DNA of 64,000 nt. Origin: a virus (taxonomy: Duplodnaviria; Heunggongvirae; Uroviricota; Caudoviricetes). A model generated the notes under the pieces. That model saw only the letters and a list, made by a program, of their open reading frames with translations. It was not told the origin of the DNA and did not search any database. A program made the translations under genes and the position numbers. Below are positions 9,954-19,136 of this stretch, piece after piece. The DNA lies in the IMG/VR virus record IMGVR_UViG_2718218136_000001; one strand, given 5' to 3'. The first letter of the stretch is position 1, and the number at the start of each line of letters is the position of its first letter.

Positions 9954-11681
9954 TTACTCAGAGTCACCGGCATCAATCGTGTCGCCGCTTATGAAGTTAA
10001 GCCCGCCTTTTTTGGCCATTGTCAGCGTTACACGAGTGAAGTAATCAGCGCCGTTGCGTGGGTGCATATCATTGATAGCCGAACCCCACAGCGTGGTACG
10101 ATTGACCAGCGCCGGAGTGGTCGGATGCTGGAACGGGATGGCCGGGACAGCATCACCAGTCACGAAGCCTGCTTTACCCGGATTTTCATCACGGACGTAG
10201 CACAGCACATCCATCGAGCTGAACTGAATGTTCTCTGTCGTTAAGTTCTTACAAATACCAGCAGGTACTTCGTACACTTTCACGTTACCGAACAGGGTAC
10301 CGATGTAGTGAACATACGGAGTCTGGATATAGTCTTCGGCTGGCTGGAAGAAATCCTTCGGCAACTGTTTGAAGAAAGATGCTGCATCAGCACCAGCAAA
10401 CATCCCCATCGCACCAGAAGATTTAACGCGCTCAATAATGTCGCGATATACAGTCTGGAATTTGCCACGAATGATGGTTGCCCATACATCAAAGGACTGG
10501 TTAACCGGCAGAGCGATGTCAAAGGTGTCGGTCGCAAGAGTGCGCCAGATCATGATGCGAAGACGCAGCATATCCTGTTCATGAGACAGGTATTCCTTCA
10601 GGGTGCGGAACTGTAGGGAACCCAGGTCCAGACCAAATTCACGCTGTGCTTCATACGCCGCCTGTACCGTGTGCTCAGCCGCGATAACGAACTGACTTGG
10701 GAACAGGGTGTATTTCTTCATTTCGTGGTTGATCAGCGGGATCAGCTCAGGAGCGGCTTCAATATTGATTTCCGTCTCAATTGCGATCTCAGTGCCTTTA
10801 TCCGGCGCTTTGGAGAACGACAGGGCAATCTGACCAATGTTGTAGTTCAGAGAGCAGGTAACAGTGATTTGCTCACCAGCAGCATTAGTAAACGAGTGAA
10901 GTAGGCTGCCGGAACCGTTATCAACAACAGACTTAATACGGTTAACGTAGATGTTAGTGCGACCTTTTCGGATTGGTACATTCTGGCCTTCGAAGTCTTC
11001 CATCTTGAAGGTTGCGGTTTTGCTGGTGCCATCGGAGCTTGCCACCAGCACATAGCGGCGACGTAACTGGCTGTACACACCGACGGATTGCATGTCCAGA
11101 ACATCACCAGCAGCATAAGAACCAAAAGAGGAACCTGCCACGTTAAAGACTTCATAGATGTCGGACTGGTCACGCGTAACCGGAATGAAGGTACACGCAT
11201 CAGCGGTAGCTGCCCCCAACTGAACAGGTAGGATCATCGCGAGGAATAAAGGCAGACGCATAACACCGTCAGAAACGCTCATCATCTCTGCTGCGACGGA
11301 TTCCAGCATCGCTTTATTAGTGGCATCCATGCTATTGCGGGTGGACTCAATCAGGCAGTTTTCCAGCGTCTGGTGGCAGGAGGCCAGAATTTCCGGACGC
11401 GGCATAGATTTATGTGCTGCGGCGTAGTCAGCCAGTGCACTTGCCCACGCTGTAGCGATTTGAGCGGTGGCATTATCAGAGATACCCGCAAAAACCGGGT
11501 CTTTACGTGCAGCTTCAAGGATAGATGCGGCACGCGCGGCATCATCTTTAATGAATTGGTTATCAGTACCGAACTGCGCAGTGCTTGCCCAGCCAAGCAC
11601 AGCTTTAGAGCGTTTTGCGATATCTGCAATACGATTCTGGTATTCGCGTAAGTTACTCAATTTACTCTTCCTTAAACACAA
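9954..11681 (-). CDS. putative major head protein (P1 gp23-like by position and size)
   Basis: About 570 aa, immediately adjacent to parS/parB as gene 23 is in P1; true start probably downstream of the first ATG. Confidence 0.45.
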   Translation of the reverse strand: MCLRKSKLSNLREYQNRIADIAKRSKAVLGWASTAQFGTDNQFIKDDAARAASILEAARKDPVFAGISDNATAQIATAWASALADYAAAHKSMPRPEILASCHQTLENCLIESTRNSMDATNKAMLESVAAEMMSVSDGVMRLPLFLAMILPVQLGAATADACTFIPVTRDQSDIYEVFNVAGSSFGSYAAGDVLDMQSVGVYSQLRRRYVLVASSDGTSKTATFKMEDFEGQNVPIRKGRTNIYVNRIKSVVDNGSGSLLHSFTNAAGEQITVTCSLNYNIGQIALSFSKAPDKGTEIAIETEINIEAAPELIPLINHEMKKYTLFPSQFVIAAEHTVQAAYEAQREFGLDLGSLQFRTLKEYLSHEQDMLRLRIMIWRTLATDTFDIALPVNQSFDVWATIIRGKFQTVYRDIIERVKSSGAMGMFAGADAASFFKQLPKDFFQPAEDYIQTPYVHYIGTLFGNVKVYEVPAGICKNLTTENIQFSSMDVLCYVRDENPGKAGFVTGDAVPAIPFQHPTTPALVNRTTLWGSAINDMHPRNGADYFTRVTLTMAKKGGLNFISGDTIDAGDSE

Positions 11682-11699
11682 GGCACTTGTGTGAATCCC

Positions 11700-11925
11700 T
11701 TTTCGGAAGAGATTTTATTGAAAGTCACTTGTTGACTTTCTCGCTAAAAGTAATTTTTTAAATTTTTTGTGCGGGGGAGGGGGCAAGTAAAACAGGCGTG
11801 AAATCGTGGGAATTTCAGTCTGAAATTTTCTATGAATATCTATATATATCATATATTTATACATGAAATAGGCGCGGGACATTTTAGACAGGGGAGGGGG
11901 CTAAAGCCGCCTCCCACCAGCGGGA
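11700..11925. promoter_or_regulatory. candidate parS centromere
   Basis: AT-rich region just downstream of parB containing gtgaaatcgtgggaatttcag (heptamer box-A-like GTGAAAT/ATTTCA) and poly-G/C blocks. Confidence 0.4.
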
Positions 11926-12891
11926 TTATTCCCCAGCAGACATTTTCCCAATGATTTTTTTTATTGCTTCGTCAATTTCAGTTTGCACTTCAGACGGGAG
12001 TCTGGAGAACTCGTAGGCGACAACCCGTTTTTTCGGATCGGACTTCTTTCGGGCATATTGGCGACGGTCAGAGAAGTCTCGCAGCTTCTCAACCACCACA
12101 GATTTAACCGGCGCGGGCTTCAGGCTTTTGCTTTCCGCTTTGAAGATAGCCAGTATCTTCGCTTTATCCTCTTTCGCGCCCTCAGTCTCTGCAATTCGTT
12201 CGCGCACCGTATCAACCAGCTCTTCAATCGGCACGCTTTTAGCGTTAGCATCCTCGGCGATCTGGAGCAGTAACTGGTAATCTGGAAGGGCGAGATCGCT
12301 GGCTACGGGGAAGACAGCAATCATCTCATCCGGCACTGCCGCAGCCTGGAAAGCTCGCGTCACTTTAGCCTTTGAGATGTTCTCAGCTCGGGCGATCTCT
12401 TCTTTGGTCATATTCTTACCGTACATAACCTCGAAGCGTTTACCCAGCTCGCGCAGAGTGTGTTCGCGGGCTGTCTGGATATCAATGGCCAGCTGGCGGG
12501 CATCCGCCAGGCTGATCTCATCTTTCGTCACCAGAATCTCAAATTTCGTTTCATTGAAGATACACGCAGCGCGGCGACGCGATCCGTCCAATACCTCAAT
12601 GCGCTCCCCAACCATACGACCGATAGCCGGGAAGAACTGTTGCAATTTAATGGTGCGGGAAATATCGCTTACCGACTCAGGGGTGAGCAGAGACTGATCG
12701 CGGCCGTTAACTGCCGGGTCAACGAACGTGCGCGACTCAATCTCACCACTCAGCACGACGGTAAGCAAGAATTTAGCCTGGCGGCCAGATTTTAGGGTAA
12801 AGGTTTTGGTACCTTCACTGCCTTCAAGCATGCGAGCAAACTCGGAGCTATTCTTGCCCAGCACTCGTCCACGGGAAACTATTTTTTTCAT
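11926..12891 (-). CDS. parB: partition protein ParB
   Basis: 321 aa directly downstream of and overlapping parA; followed by the centromere-like region; the repA-parA-parB arrangement of P1. Confidence 0.85.
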   Translation of the reverse strand: MKKIVSRGRVLGKNSSEFARMLEGSEGTKTFTLKSGRQAKFLLTVVLSGEIESRTFVDPAVNGRDQSLLTPESVSDISRTIKLQQFFPAIGRMVGERIEVLDGSRRRAACIFNETKFEILVTKDEISLADARQLAIDIQTAREHTLRELGKRFEVMYGKNMTKEEIARAENISKAKVTRAFQAAAVPDEMIAVFPVASDLALPDYQLLLQIAEDANAKSVPIEELVDTVRERIAETEGAKEDKAKILAIFKAESKSLKPAPVKSVVVEKLRDFSDRRQYARKKSDPKKRVVAYEFSRLPSEVQTEIDEAIKKIIGKMSAGE

Positions 12892-14099
12892 GCCGCCTCA
12901 CCCCTAACAAACTCAATTCGATCAAACACAGCCTTAGTGAAACGCTCGGCCTCGGTTCGTGCCTTCTTCAGCGCCTCTGCACTGCCTGGATACGATTGCG
13001 GGTTGGCACTGATTACGGTGTCGAAAGACTCGCCGCATCGCTCAAAGCCATCCAGACGAGGCAGAGAAGAGTCCAGAATGTTGCTGGCGTAAACCTCACG
13101 CGCAAGGCTGTGTGATGTCTCGTGATCGCGCTTGCCGGTCATCTTCGACATAAAACCAATGCTGGCGCTCAAACGCGGTTCTACGCCTTCCTCCTCCAGT
13201 TGCTCCAGCATTTCTGGCAGACGGGTGAGATATTTCAGTGTTGAGTGGAAGTCAACCTGGGCTGGTGGGGTAGGGGTAAGCAGCAAATCGCTGGCCGCCA
13301 GACCGTTGAGCAGGAACGGATCCAGGTGTGGACCGGTATCAATAAAGATAAAGTCATAATCATCCGCAACACGATCAATGATATTGCGTCGAAGGATTTC
13401 GTACTGATTTTGTCCGGGAAGATGCTCTTCAACCAGCTCTTTCCATTGGCTGGCAACAAAGCCATCGTCGATAGAGGCTGGAATCACGTCTACGCCAGGA
13501 ACGATGGTCGGACGAATCACCTCTTTGCGTAGCGTCTCCGCGTCCAGGTCGTTCAGCATCGCCTGCGCGGCGGTTTCCAGGATGGAACCAATACTGTGAG
13601 TATGGTCGAGGAACATTGTGCTGGATGCCTGAGGGTCAAGGTCAATTACCAGAATGCGCAGATCGTGACGCAGTAAATCCTGATGCACACGCAGAGCGTG
13701 CGCCAACGTGACTGTGGAAACCGTTTTGGATACGCCACCCTTCAGGTTTACGACAAAAATAACGTAAGGCGATTTGTGAATGTCGCGATATTTGGGGATC
13801 TTACGGTGGGCATAGATATCAATGACGTTCTGGATGGTCAGCGCGTACTGTTCAACGTTACCGACCTGTTTCTTGTTGAACTGGTACCCATCATCTTCCA
13901 TCTCTTTGATGGCCTGCTCCACAATACGGCGGCTCAGCTTCGGCAACTTTGCCACAGCGTTACGAGTGAACGTCTGATAATACTCGGTCTGATTGAACTC
14001 TTTGCGCTGATCTTCAATATCCTGACTCATGGCCTTAAGTAATGCGCTTGCACGAAGAGCTATGGTGCCGACACCGCCGTAATCGCGTTTCATCATCAT
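12888..14099 (-). CDS. parA: partition ATPase ParA
   Basis: 403 aa with deviant Walker A NLKGGVSKT; between incA iterons and parB. Confidence 0.85.
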   Translation of the reverse strand: MMMKRDYGGVGTIALRASALLKAMSQDIEDQRKEFNQTEYYQTFTRNAVAKLPKLSRRIVEQAIKEMEDDGYQFNKKQVGNVEQYALTIQNVIDIYAHRKIPKYRDIHKSPYVIFVVNLKGGVSKTVSTVTLAHALRVHQDLLRHDLRILVIDLDPQASSTMFLDHTHSIGSILETAAQAMLNDLDAETLRKEVIRPTIVPGVDVIPASIDDGFVASQWKELVEEHLPGQNQYEILRRNIIDRVADDYDFIFIDTGPHLDPFLLNGLAASDLLLTPTPPAQVDFHSTLKYLTRLPEMLEQLEEEGVEPRLSASIGFMSKMTGKRDHETSHSLAREVYASNILDSSLPRLDGFERCGESFDTVISANPQSYPGSAEALKKARTEAERFTKAVFDRIEFVRGEAA

Positions 14100-14204
14100 C
14101 TCCTTATCATTTCGTATGAGTGAATTGTACGTTTGATTCTGCTACGTGCAACTTTTTTTGATTCGTGCGTCAATTATTGCACGTAAAGAAATGGCGATGT
14201 GGCT

Positions 14205-14495
14205 ATTAGATGTGTGCTGGAGGGATGATGCAGGACCAGAATGTGCGATAGAGGGAAGTCGCATTAAATTATGTGCTGTGGAGGGATCGCTGGTATCAAA
14301 TATGTGTGCTGGAGGGAAAGGCAGAGAATTACATGTGCACTGGAGGGAAAAACGGATGGACAGATGTGTGCTGGAGGGAAAGTCTGGGCAAACTGCGGGG
14401 CGTCCCCCTCCAGCGCACATCAAAAACAGGAAATTGGACAAGCCTTCCCGGCAGCACACATTTTTTTAATGCAGCTTCCCTCCAGCACACACTTA
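14205..14495. repeat. incA iteron array (about 8-9 RepA-binding repeats in both orientations)
   Basis: Repeated gatgtgtgctggaggga units (for example 14210, 14268, 14301, 14365) and inverted copies ccctccagcacaca (14405, 14450, 14475) between repA and parA. Confidence 0.8.
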
Positions 14496-15353
14496 TTCTG
14501 GGAGTTTCAGCTTTGGATTGCGAGAATGGACGATTACAAAACTTTCCCGGCCTTTCTTCTCAATTGAACAGTCGAGATAGCCGATTGTTTTAAGCTGTTC
14601 TATCGCTTTCTTAATGATACGGTTTTGCTCGCCAACAGCTGACTGCAAAGCCAGGCGCTCACGGATTCGGGCGAAAGATAGCGGCAACGGATTCTGCGGA
14701 AGGCTTTCGATGAAAGTGTAAATGGCTTGTGCAGCTTCTTTCTTCGGAAGGGCACGCAAGGCGTGGTGTTGCAACAGAACGCGATAATCAAGCTGGAACA
14801 GCTCCCACAGCTTCGAATCAGCCTCCAGCTCTATCAGATCAAGGTCAGCATCAAAACGACCGACCTTTAGCAGACCAGTCTGATAGCCGCCTTTAGCATC
14901 TTTTCCGCGCTTAAAAGCGATACCCTTGTTACGTAAGCGTCCAAGTGATTCATGAATGGTTAAACGCAGTTTCGCATCCAGACGTTTTGAGGGGAAACCA
15001 CAGGCTTTAGCGAATTCCTGAAACGATAACTGGATGGTGTTTGAGGACAAGCCGTATTTGCTGAACGCGTAGATGACACCGATCCACGTTTTGAAATCAG
15101 TATCCATATCGAGTCGAGGACCGGTGATTTTAATATCATCGTAACCCTCGGCTTTAGCTATCTCCAGCTGGGAAAACGCTTTGGTGGCATCAATCTCTTT
15201 ACTTTCTCCTTTGCTCTTTGATGGCTTCGGAACGAATACCCCCAAGCGCATCAACGCTACAGGCTGGACAGTGTTGTTTGAATTAACTGTTAGTTCTTTT
15301 GCCTTACTTTCAATGTCTGCGTAAAGAATATCGGAGATAAATGATTGATTCAT
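14493..15353 (-). CDS. repA: plasmid replication initiator RepA
   Basis: 286 aa, the length recalled for P1 RepA; flanked by iteron arrays on both sides. Confidence 0.85.
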   Translation of the reverse strand: MNQSFISDILYADIESKAKELTVNSNNTVQPVALMRLGVFVPKPSKSKGESKEIDATKAFSQLEIAKAEGYDDIKITGPRLDMDTDFKTWIGVIYAFSKYGLSSNTIQLSFQEFAKACGFPSKRLDAKLRLTIHESLGRLRNKGIAFKRGKDAKGGYQTGLLKVGRFDADLDLIELEADSKLWELFQLDYRVLLQHHALRALPKKEAAQAIYTFIESLPQNPLPLSFARIRERLALQSAVGEQNRIIKKAIEQLKTIGYLDCSIEKKGRESFVIVHSRNPKLKLPE

Positions 15354-15640
15354 ATTACTTTTTCCGAATTATGTGGATAGTTTTTATAAGTGGTGATAAC
15401 TACCCAGGCTTTCCCGTCAGCACACATCCTATATCCCGCCAGCACACATTAGCAACCCGTCAGCACACATTTTTATCCCTCCAGCACACATCGTTTTCCC
15501 TCCAGCACACATCGCGATACACTTCTAAGCCAGACGTGGCGCGGCCTGCAACGATCAGGGATCTATATGGATCTAATTGGGATCTGTATGGACCTAATTA
15601 TTGGATCTACCCAGTGGATAATGTGGATAAGTGAAAAACC
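15354..15640. promoter_or_regulatory. oriR plasmid origin: five iterons, GATC cluster, DnaA boxes
   Basis: Five cc(c/g)(t/c)cagcacacat iterons (15410-15525); five GATC-containing repeats (15550-15610); tgtggataa DnaA box at 15622-15630. Confidence 0.8.
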
Positions 15641-15670
15641 GGCCAACATAGCCGGTTGGAAGGAAGGGTA

Positions 15671-16063
15671 TTATTCTACGCTTTCGATAAGAAGACCATG
15701 TTCATAGCATTTAAGCTCATCGCCTTCATACAGGAACTGGTATCCAATACCACCATATTCAGGCACATTAGGGAATAACTCATCACTTACCGAAGAACAA
15801 ATCACACCAATGCAGCGATCAACGCCTTCTCGTTCTTCAGTGCTGAAAAAATCCTCTTCGGTAAGAACATGAGTGCATTGCTCATCAGCATAGGTCGGAA
15901 ATACATGCTCGATGCAATCCGGGTGTTTTAAACCAAGCTGATCGGCAAGCTCGAAAGCATGACGGTATTGTTCAGATCCTGGCTTGCCAACAGTGATTTG
16001 CTCAATTTTGTAGATTGAAGTCGCTTTGTTGATAGTTTGCTTTACTGTTACTTTATCAGACAT
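15671..16063 (-). CDS. hypothetical protein (upfA position)
   Basis: 130-aa ORF immediately upstream of oriR, same strand as repA. Confidence 0.45.
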   Translation of the reverse strand: MSDKVTVKQTINKATSIYKIEQITVGKPGSEQYRHAFELADQLGLKHPDCIEHVFPTYADEQCTHVLTEEDFFSTEEREGVDRCIGVICSSVSDELFPNVPEYGGIGYQFLYEGDELKCYEHGLLIESVE

Positions 16064-16074
16064 AAAAATCCCTT

Positions 16075-16407
16075 TTAGTTACCACTGATAGCGTGGTTGT
16101 AATCATTAACGTTGCGATTCTTCCTGTTAATCCCCATCAGCATCGTTTCTGTATCAAGGATATAGGCTGGCAGATCATCAAAATATTCACTGCTAAACTC
16201 TGGCATCCTGCACATAAACGCACTTTTGGGGGCAGGGTGATTAACCTTTGTCGGCGTCGGCGTTAAATTCGCTGATCGACTCCCGGAGCAACCGCTGAGT
16301 GTCAACAGGAATGCGCTGGCGAACACTACCCGACGCAACCAGTTGTTTCTGAACTTCAGCTTTTCGTTCCATTTGCCTGTCAGCATATTTGGCTTGTTCT
16401 GATTCAT
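16075..16407 (-). CDS. lipoprotein (o-spanin-like or mlp-like)
   Basis: Lipobox LTLSGC after a basic and hydrophobic leader; overlaps the 3' end of the upstream membrane coiled-coil ORF in another frame. Confidence 0.45.
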   Translation of the reverse strand: MNQNKPNMLTGKWNEKLKFRNNWLRRVVFASAFLLTLSGCSGSRSANLTPTPTKVNHPAPKSAFMCRMPEFSSEYFDDLPAYILDTETMLMGINRKNRNVNDYNHAISGN

Positions 16408-16690
16408 TTTTCACTTCCTGGCTGTGAAAATGTTGCTCTGCTTTGTTCATCGTCTCAATGGTCTGGTTAAGATCCATTATTGACTTATCACGTTCCTTAA
16501 CAGCCTGATCAAGACTGCCAATTTTCTCCATGGCTTGCTTTAGCTGATGACGTTCCCATGCAAACCCAGCACCAACAAGTGCGCAAATCAGAACAAGAAC
16601 ACCAGTAGCAGCAAGTTTCTCCTTCAAAGACAAAGCTGTTTTTAACGTAGAAAAGAATGACATGTCTTCCTCCTGAAGAAAAATTATCAA
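16241..16690 (-). CDS. membrane-anchored coiled-coil protein (i-spanin-like)
   Basis: N-terminal TM helix ATGVLVLICALVGAGFAW followed by a charged coiled-coil region. Confidence 0.45.
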   Translation of the reverse strand: MIIFLQEEDMSFFSTLKTALSLKEKLAATGVLVLICALVGAGFAWERHQLKQAMEKIGSLDQAVKERDKSIMDLNQTIETMNKAEQHFHSQEVKNESEQAKYADRQMERKAEVQKQLVASGSVRQRIPVDTQRLLRESISEFNADADKG

Positions 16691-16702
16691 TGAAGTCCTT
16701 TG

Positions 16703-17491
16703 TTACTGTGCCGCTTTGTTTAATTCATCAAGAACAGAATCAGGAACCAAAGCGGCAACTGCGCTGGCTGTGCTGGCCTTATTTGCTGATGCTTCCGCAA
16801 GCGCGGTACCGATAGCATGGTTATAAGCAGTTATGGCTACGTTGGCGCTTTCATTCGCTCGTTCATACTGCTGTTGTAACGCAGTTGTGGGCGCTGTTGT
16901 CTGGTTGAAAACAACCCCAAACTGTTCAGTTGCTACTTTCAGAGATTCAATTTGCTCTTCTGTTAGTGCTGGTGGGGGAGTGGCAGTGCCGCCGCCTGAA
17001 CCAGAGCCTGACGAGCTTCCTGAGCCAGTGTTAAGGGTCTGGTTAATCTCCCCCATAGCAGCAACTAAACTTGATGTATTAAGCGCGTTTACAGCGTCCT
17101 CAAGCGATTTAGTAATAGTCACATCACCAATGGCAATAGAGATCGGCAGTTCTGAAACTTCTCGCTCATTAGCACGGCAGTAAACATCCCAACCAATATC
17201 GAGTTGAAGCAGCATTGACAGATCTGCATAACCAGCCAACAGGTCCGCGTGCTTAGTTGCCAGTTCGACAATGTTCGTTAAGCCTGTTGTGGTTGTTCTG
17301 ATCGTTGAAACATAACTGGTAATAGTGTCGGGATAGACAATTGTATCCAAAATTAATCCGATCAATTCTTCTGCAAGCTGTTTTGCCGTGTTAGCACTGT
17401 TTCGTGCCGATGTTATGGCACCAAGTGTTTTCATCCCACCGGCTGCGGCCAATTTTTTATATGCGGATAACTGGTAGTCTTTTTCCAGCAT
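16703..17491 (-). CDS. hypothetical protein with a Gly/Ser linker
   Basis: ORF in the track runs to 17548, but the internal Met of MLEKDYQ (17491) avoids overlap with the upstream ORF; GSGSSSGSGSGGG linker. Confidence 0.45.
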   Translation of the reverse strand: MLEKDYQLSAYKKLAAAGGMKTLGAITSARNSANTAKQLAEELIGLILDTIVYPDTITSYVSTIRTTTTGLTNIVELATKHADLLAGYADLSMLLQLDIGWDVYCRANEREVSELPISIAIGDVTITKSLEDAVNALNTSSLVAAMGEINQTLNTGSGSSSGSGSGGGTATPPPALTEEQIESLKVATEQFGVVFNQTTAPTTALQQQYERANESANVAITAYNHAIGTALAEASANKASTASAVAALVPDSVLDELNKAAQ

Positions 17492-17499
17492 GATATCTC

Positions 17500-17784
17500 C
17501 TAACTTACCTGAACTAGGCCGTCTCCGGACGCTACGGTAGATCCGCATGAAACAGGGTCACCAACGCATACGATCCCTTTACCATTGACGGTAAACCATG
17601 CCCTGGTTGATATAGCTTGCCCACCGTGCGTACTGTTTCCATCGGTATGCTGTGCATATTGCTTACCATCAACTAACACTTCGACTCCGTTGACTTTAAG
17701 TAGTGGTTCACTCTCTACAGGAGGCCTGGATGGGAATCCTCCGTGCCCCGAACAAATGCTGTCTTTTGTTGCAATACTTGCCAC
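17500..17784 (-). CDS. PAAR-like repeat protein
   Basis: 94 aa with three H-G-G/C-G motifs (SGHGGFP, STHGGQ, GDPVSCG) typical of PAAR cone proteins. Confidence 0.45.
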   Translation of the reverse strand: MASIATKDSICSGHGGFPSRPPVESEPLLKVNGVEVLVDGKQYAQHTDGNSTHGGQAISTRAWFTVNGKGIVCVGDPVSCGSTVASGDGLVQVS

Positions 17785-17865
17785 GTCGTCACCAATGATT
17801 TGCTCTGATTTTCGTTATTTTAACTTAGGTTATTTGTGGTCTGTATGGCGTTTACTTATTACAAA

Positions 17866-17882
17866 ATTGCTCTAATAAATAT
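17866..17882 (+). promoter_or_regulatory. C1 operator
   Basis: attgctctaataaatat in the divergent intergenic region before hrdC. Confidence 0.6.
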
Positions 17883-17953
17883 TGTTTTTTATATCGTGTT
17901 TTCGGTACCATTCAGCCATCGCCCTTCAATGGGCATTTGTTTGGAGTCGTCAG

Positions 17954-18238
17954 ATGCAGATGGAGCTAATAAGCCGCAAGGAGTTCGATAGCCGTGTAAC
18001 CAGCGGTGAACTCGACAACTTGCAGGCTATCAAGGTGAAAGAAGGCTTTTGCCTCATTGGGAATCAGAGCGGAACAAATCGCGTTTTTATGCTTCGCCGT
18101 ACGGATTTGAAGCCATTTGTCTGGAAGAACGAAATTGGTCCCAGCTCATACGCTCAAATGAGGGGGTGCCACAACTTGGCCTTTTTCTACAAAGACGAGC
18201 TTTCTGTGGTTGATATTCAAGGGTTACAACATGTTTAA
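17954..18238 (+). CDS. small hypothetical protein (uhr position)
   Basis: ORF in the track starts at 17882; the Met of MQMELIS is the more plausible start after the operator. Confidence 0.3.
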   Translation: MQMELISRKEFDSRVTSGELDNLQAIKVKEGFCLIGNQSGTNRVFMLRRTDLKPFVWKNEIGPSSYAQMRGCHNLAFFYKDELSVVDIQGLQHV

Positions 18239-19136
18239 GCACTGGAAAAATATTACTATTTATAAACTTTCTCGTGAGGCGGATCTGACCGACTTAGAAG
18301 ATAAAAAGAAAATGATCCTTTTCACGCCATGCGGTAGTCAGGATATGGCCAAGTTCGGTTTTGTATCGCCATTTGGTGATAATTCCGAAGTTATCGCTAT
18401 GCATGGAAATGGTTTTATCCTTGTTGAAGCAAAGCGCGAAACAAAAATTCTTCCCCCGCCGGTTATCCAGCGAGCTATTCAAGAAAAAATTGAAAAACTT
18501 GAGCAAGAACAAGCGCGTAAACTGAAGAAAACAGAGAAGGACTCCCTGAAAGACGAAGTTCTGCATTCTCTTCTGCCACGGGCTTTTTCAAAGTTTTCTG
18601 TTATCCAGGCGATCTACGACGGTTCAACTAAACGTATCTATATCAATGCCAGCGCGCGGCAGGCAGAGGATATGCTCGCGCTTATGCGTAAGTCTCTGGG
18701 TTCTCTTCCTGTTGTGCCACTAAGTGTTGAAAATCCCATTGAGTTAACGCTGACCGACTGGGTACGTGATGCTAGTGCTCCACAGGGATTTCAAATGGGG
18801 GATGCGGCAGAACTTAAGGCAGTGCTTGAGGATGGCGGTATCGCCCGAGTGAAAAAGCAGGATTTGGGAAGCGATGAAATTTCCACACACCTGGAAGCTG
18901 GCAAGCTCGTCACTAAGTTGGCACTCGACTGGCAGAACCGCATTAAATTTACACTGGACCATAACTTCAGCATTACCAGCGTCAATTTTGCGGATGAATT
19001 GCTTGAGCAGAACTCTGATATTGATAGTGAAGATGTTGCGCAGCGACTGGACGCAGATTTCTTCCTATTGACCAGTGAAATTTCGTGCCTGGTTGATGCT
19101 CTGGTAAATGCCCTTGGTGGAGAGGCTAAGCAGTGA
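18231..19136 (+). CDS. hrdC: RdgC-like recombination-associated protein
   Basis: About 300 aa with RdgC-like N-terminus [13 protein letters not shown]; directly upstream of dmt as in P1. Confidence 0.65.
   Translation: MFKHWKNITIYKLSREADLTDLEDKKKMILFTPCGSQDMAKFGFVSPFGDNSEVIAMHGNGFILVEAKRETKILPPPVIQRAIQEKIEKLEQEQARKLKKTEKDSLKDEVLHSLLPRAFSKFSVIQAIYDGSTKRIYINASARQAEDMLALMRKSLGSLPVVPLSVENPIELTLTDWVRDASAPQGFQMGDAAELKAVLEDGGIARVKKQDLGSDEISTHLEAGKLVTKLALDWQNRIKFTLDHNFSITSVNFADELLEQNSDIDSEDVAQRLDADFFLLTSEISCLVDALVNALGGEAKQ

Noticed and set aside
10062-11694. Multiple short ORFs in both orientations within 9954-11681
   Set aside because: They are embedded in the 575-codon putative major head gene and have no independent signals
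14205-15535. Short direct repeats with spacers on both sides of repA that superficially resemble a CRISPR array
   Set aside because: Units are about 19 bp with irregular spacing and both orientations, flank a RepA initiator, and sit beside GATC and DnaA boxes; these are the incA and oriR iterons of a P1-type replicon
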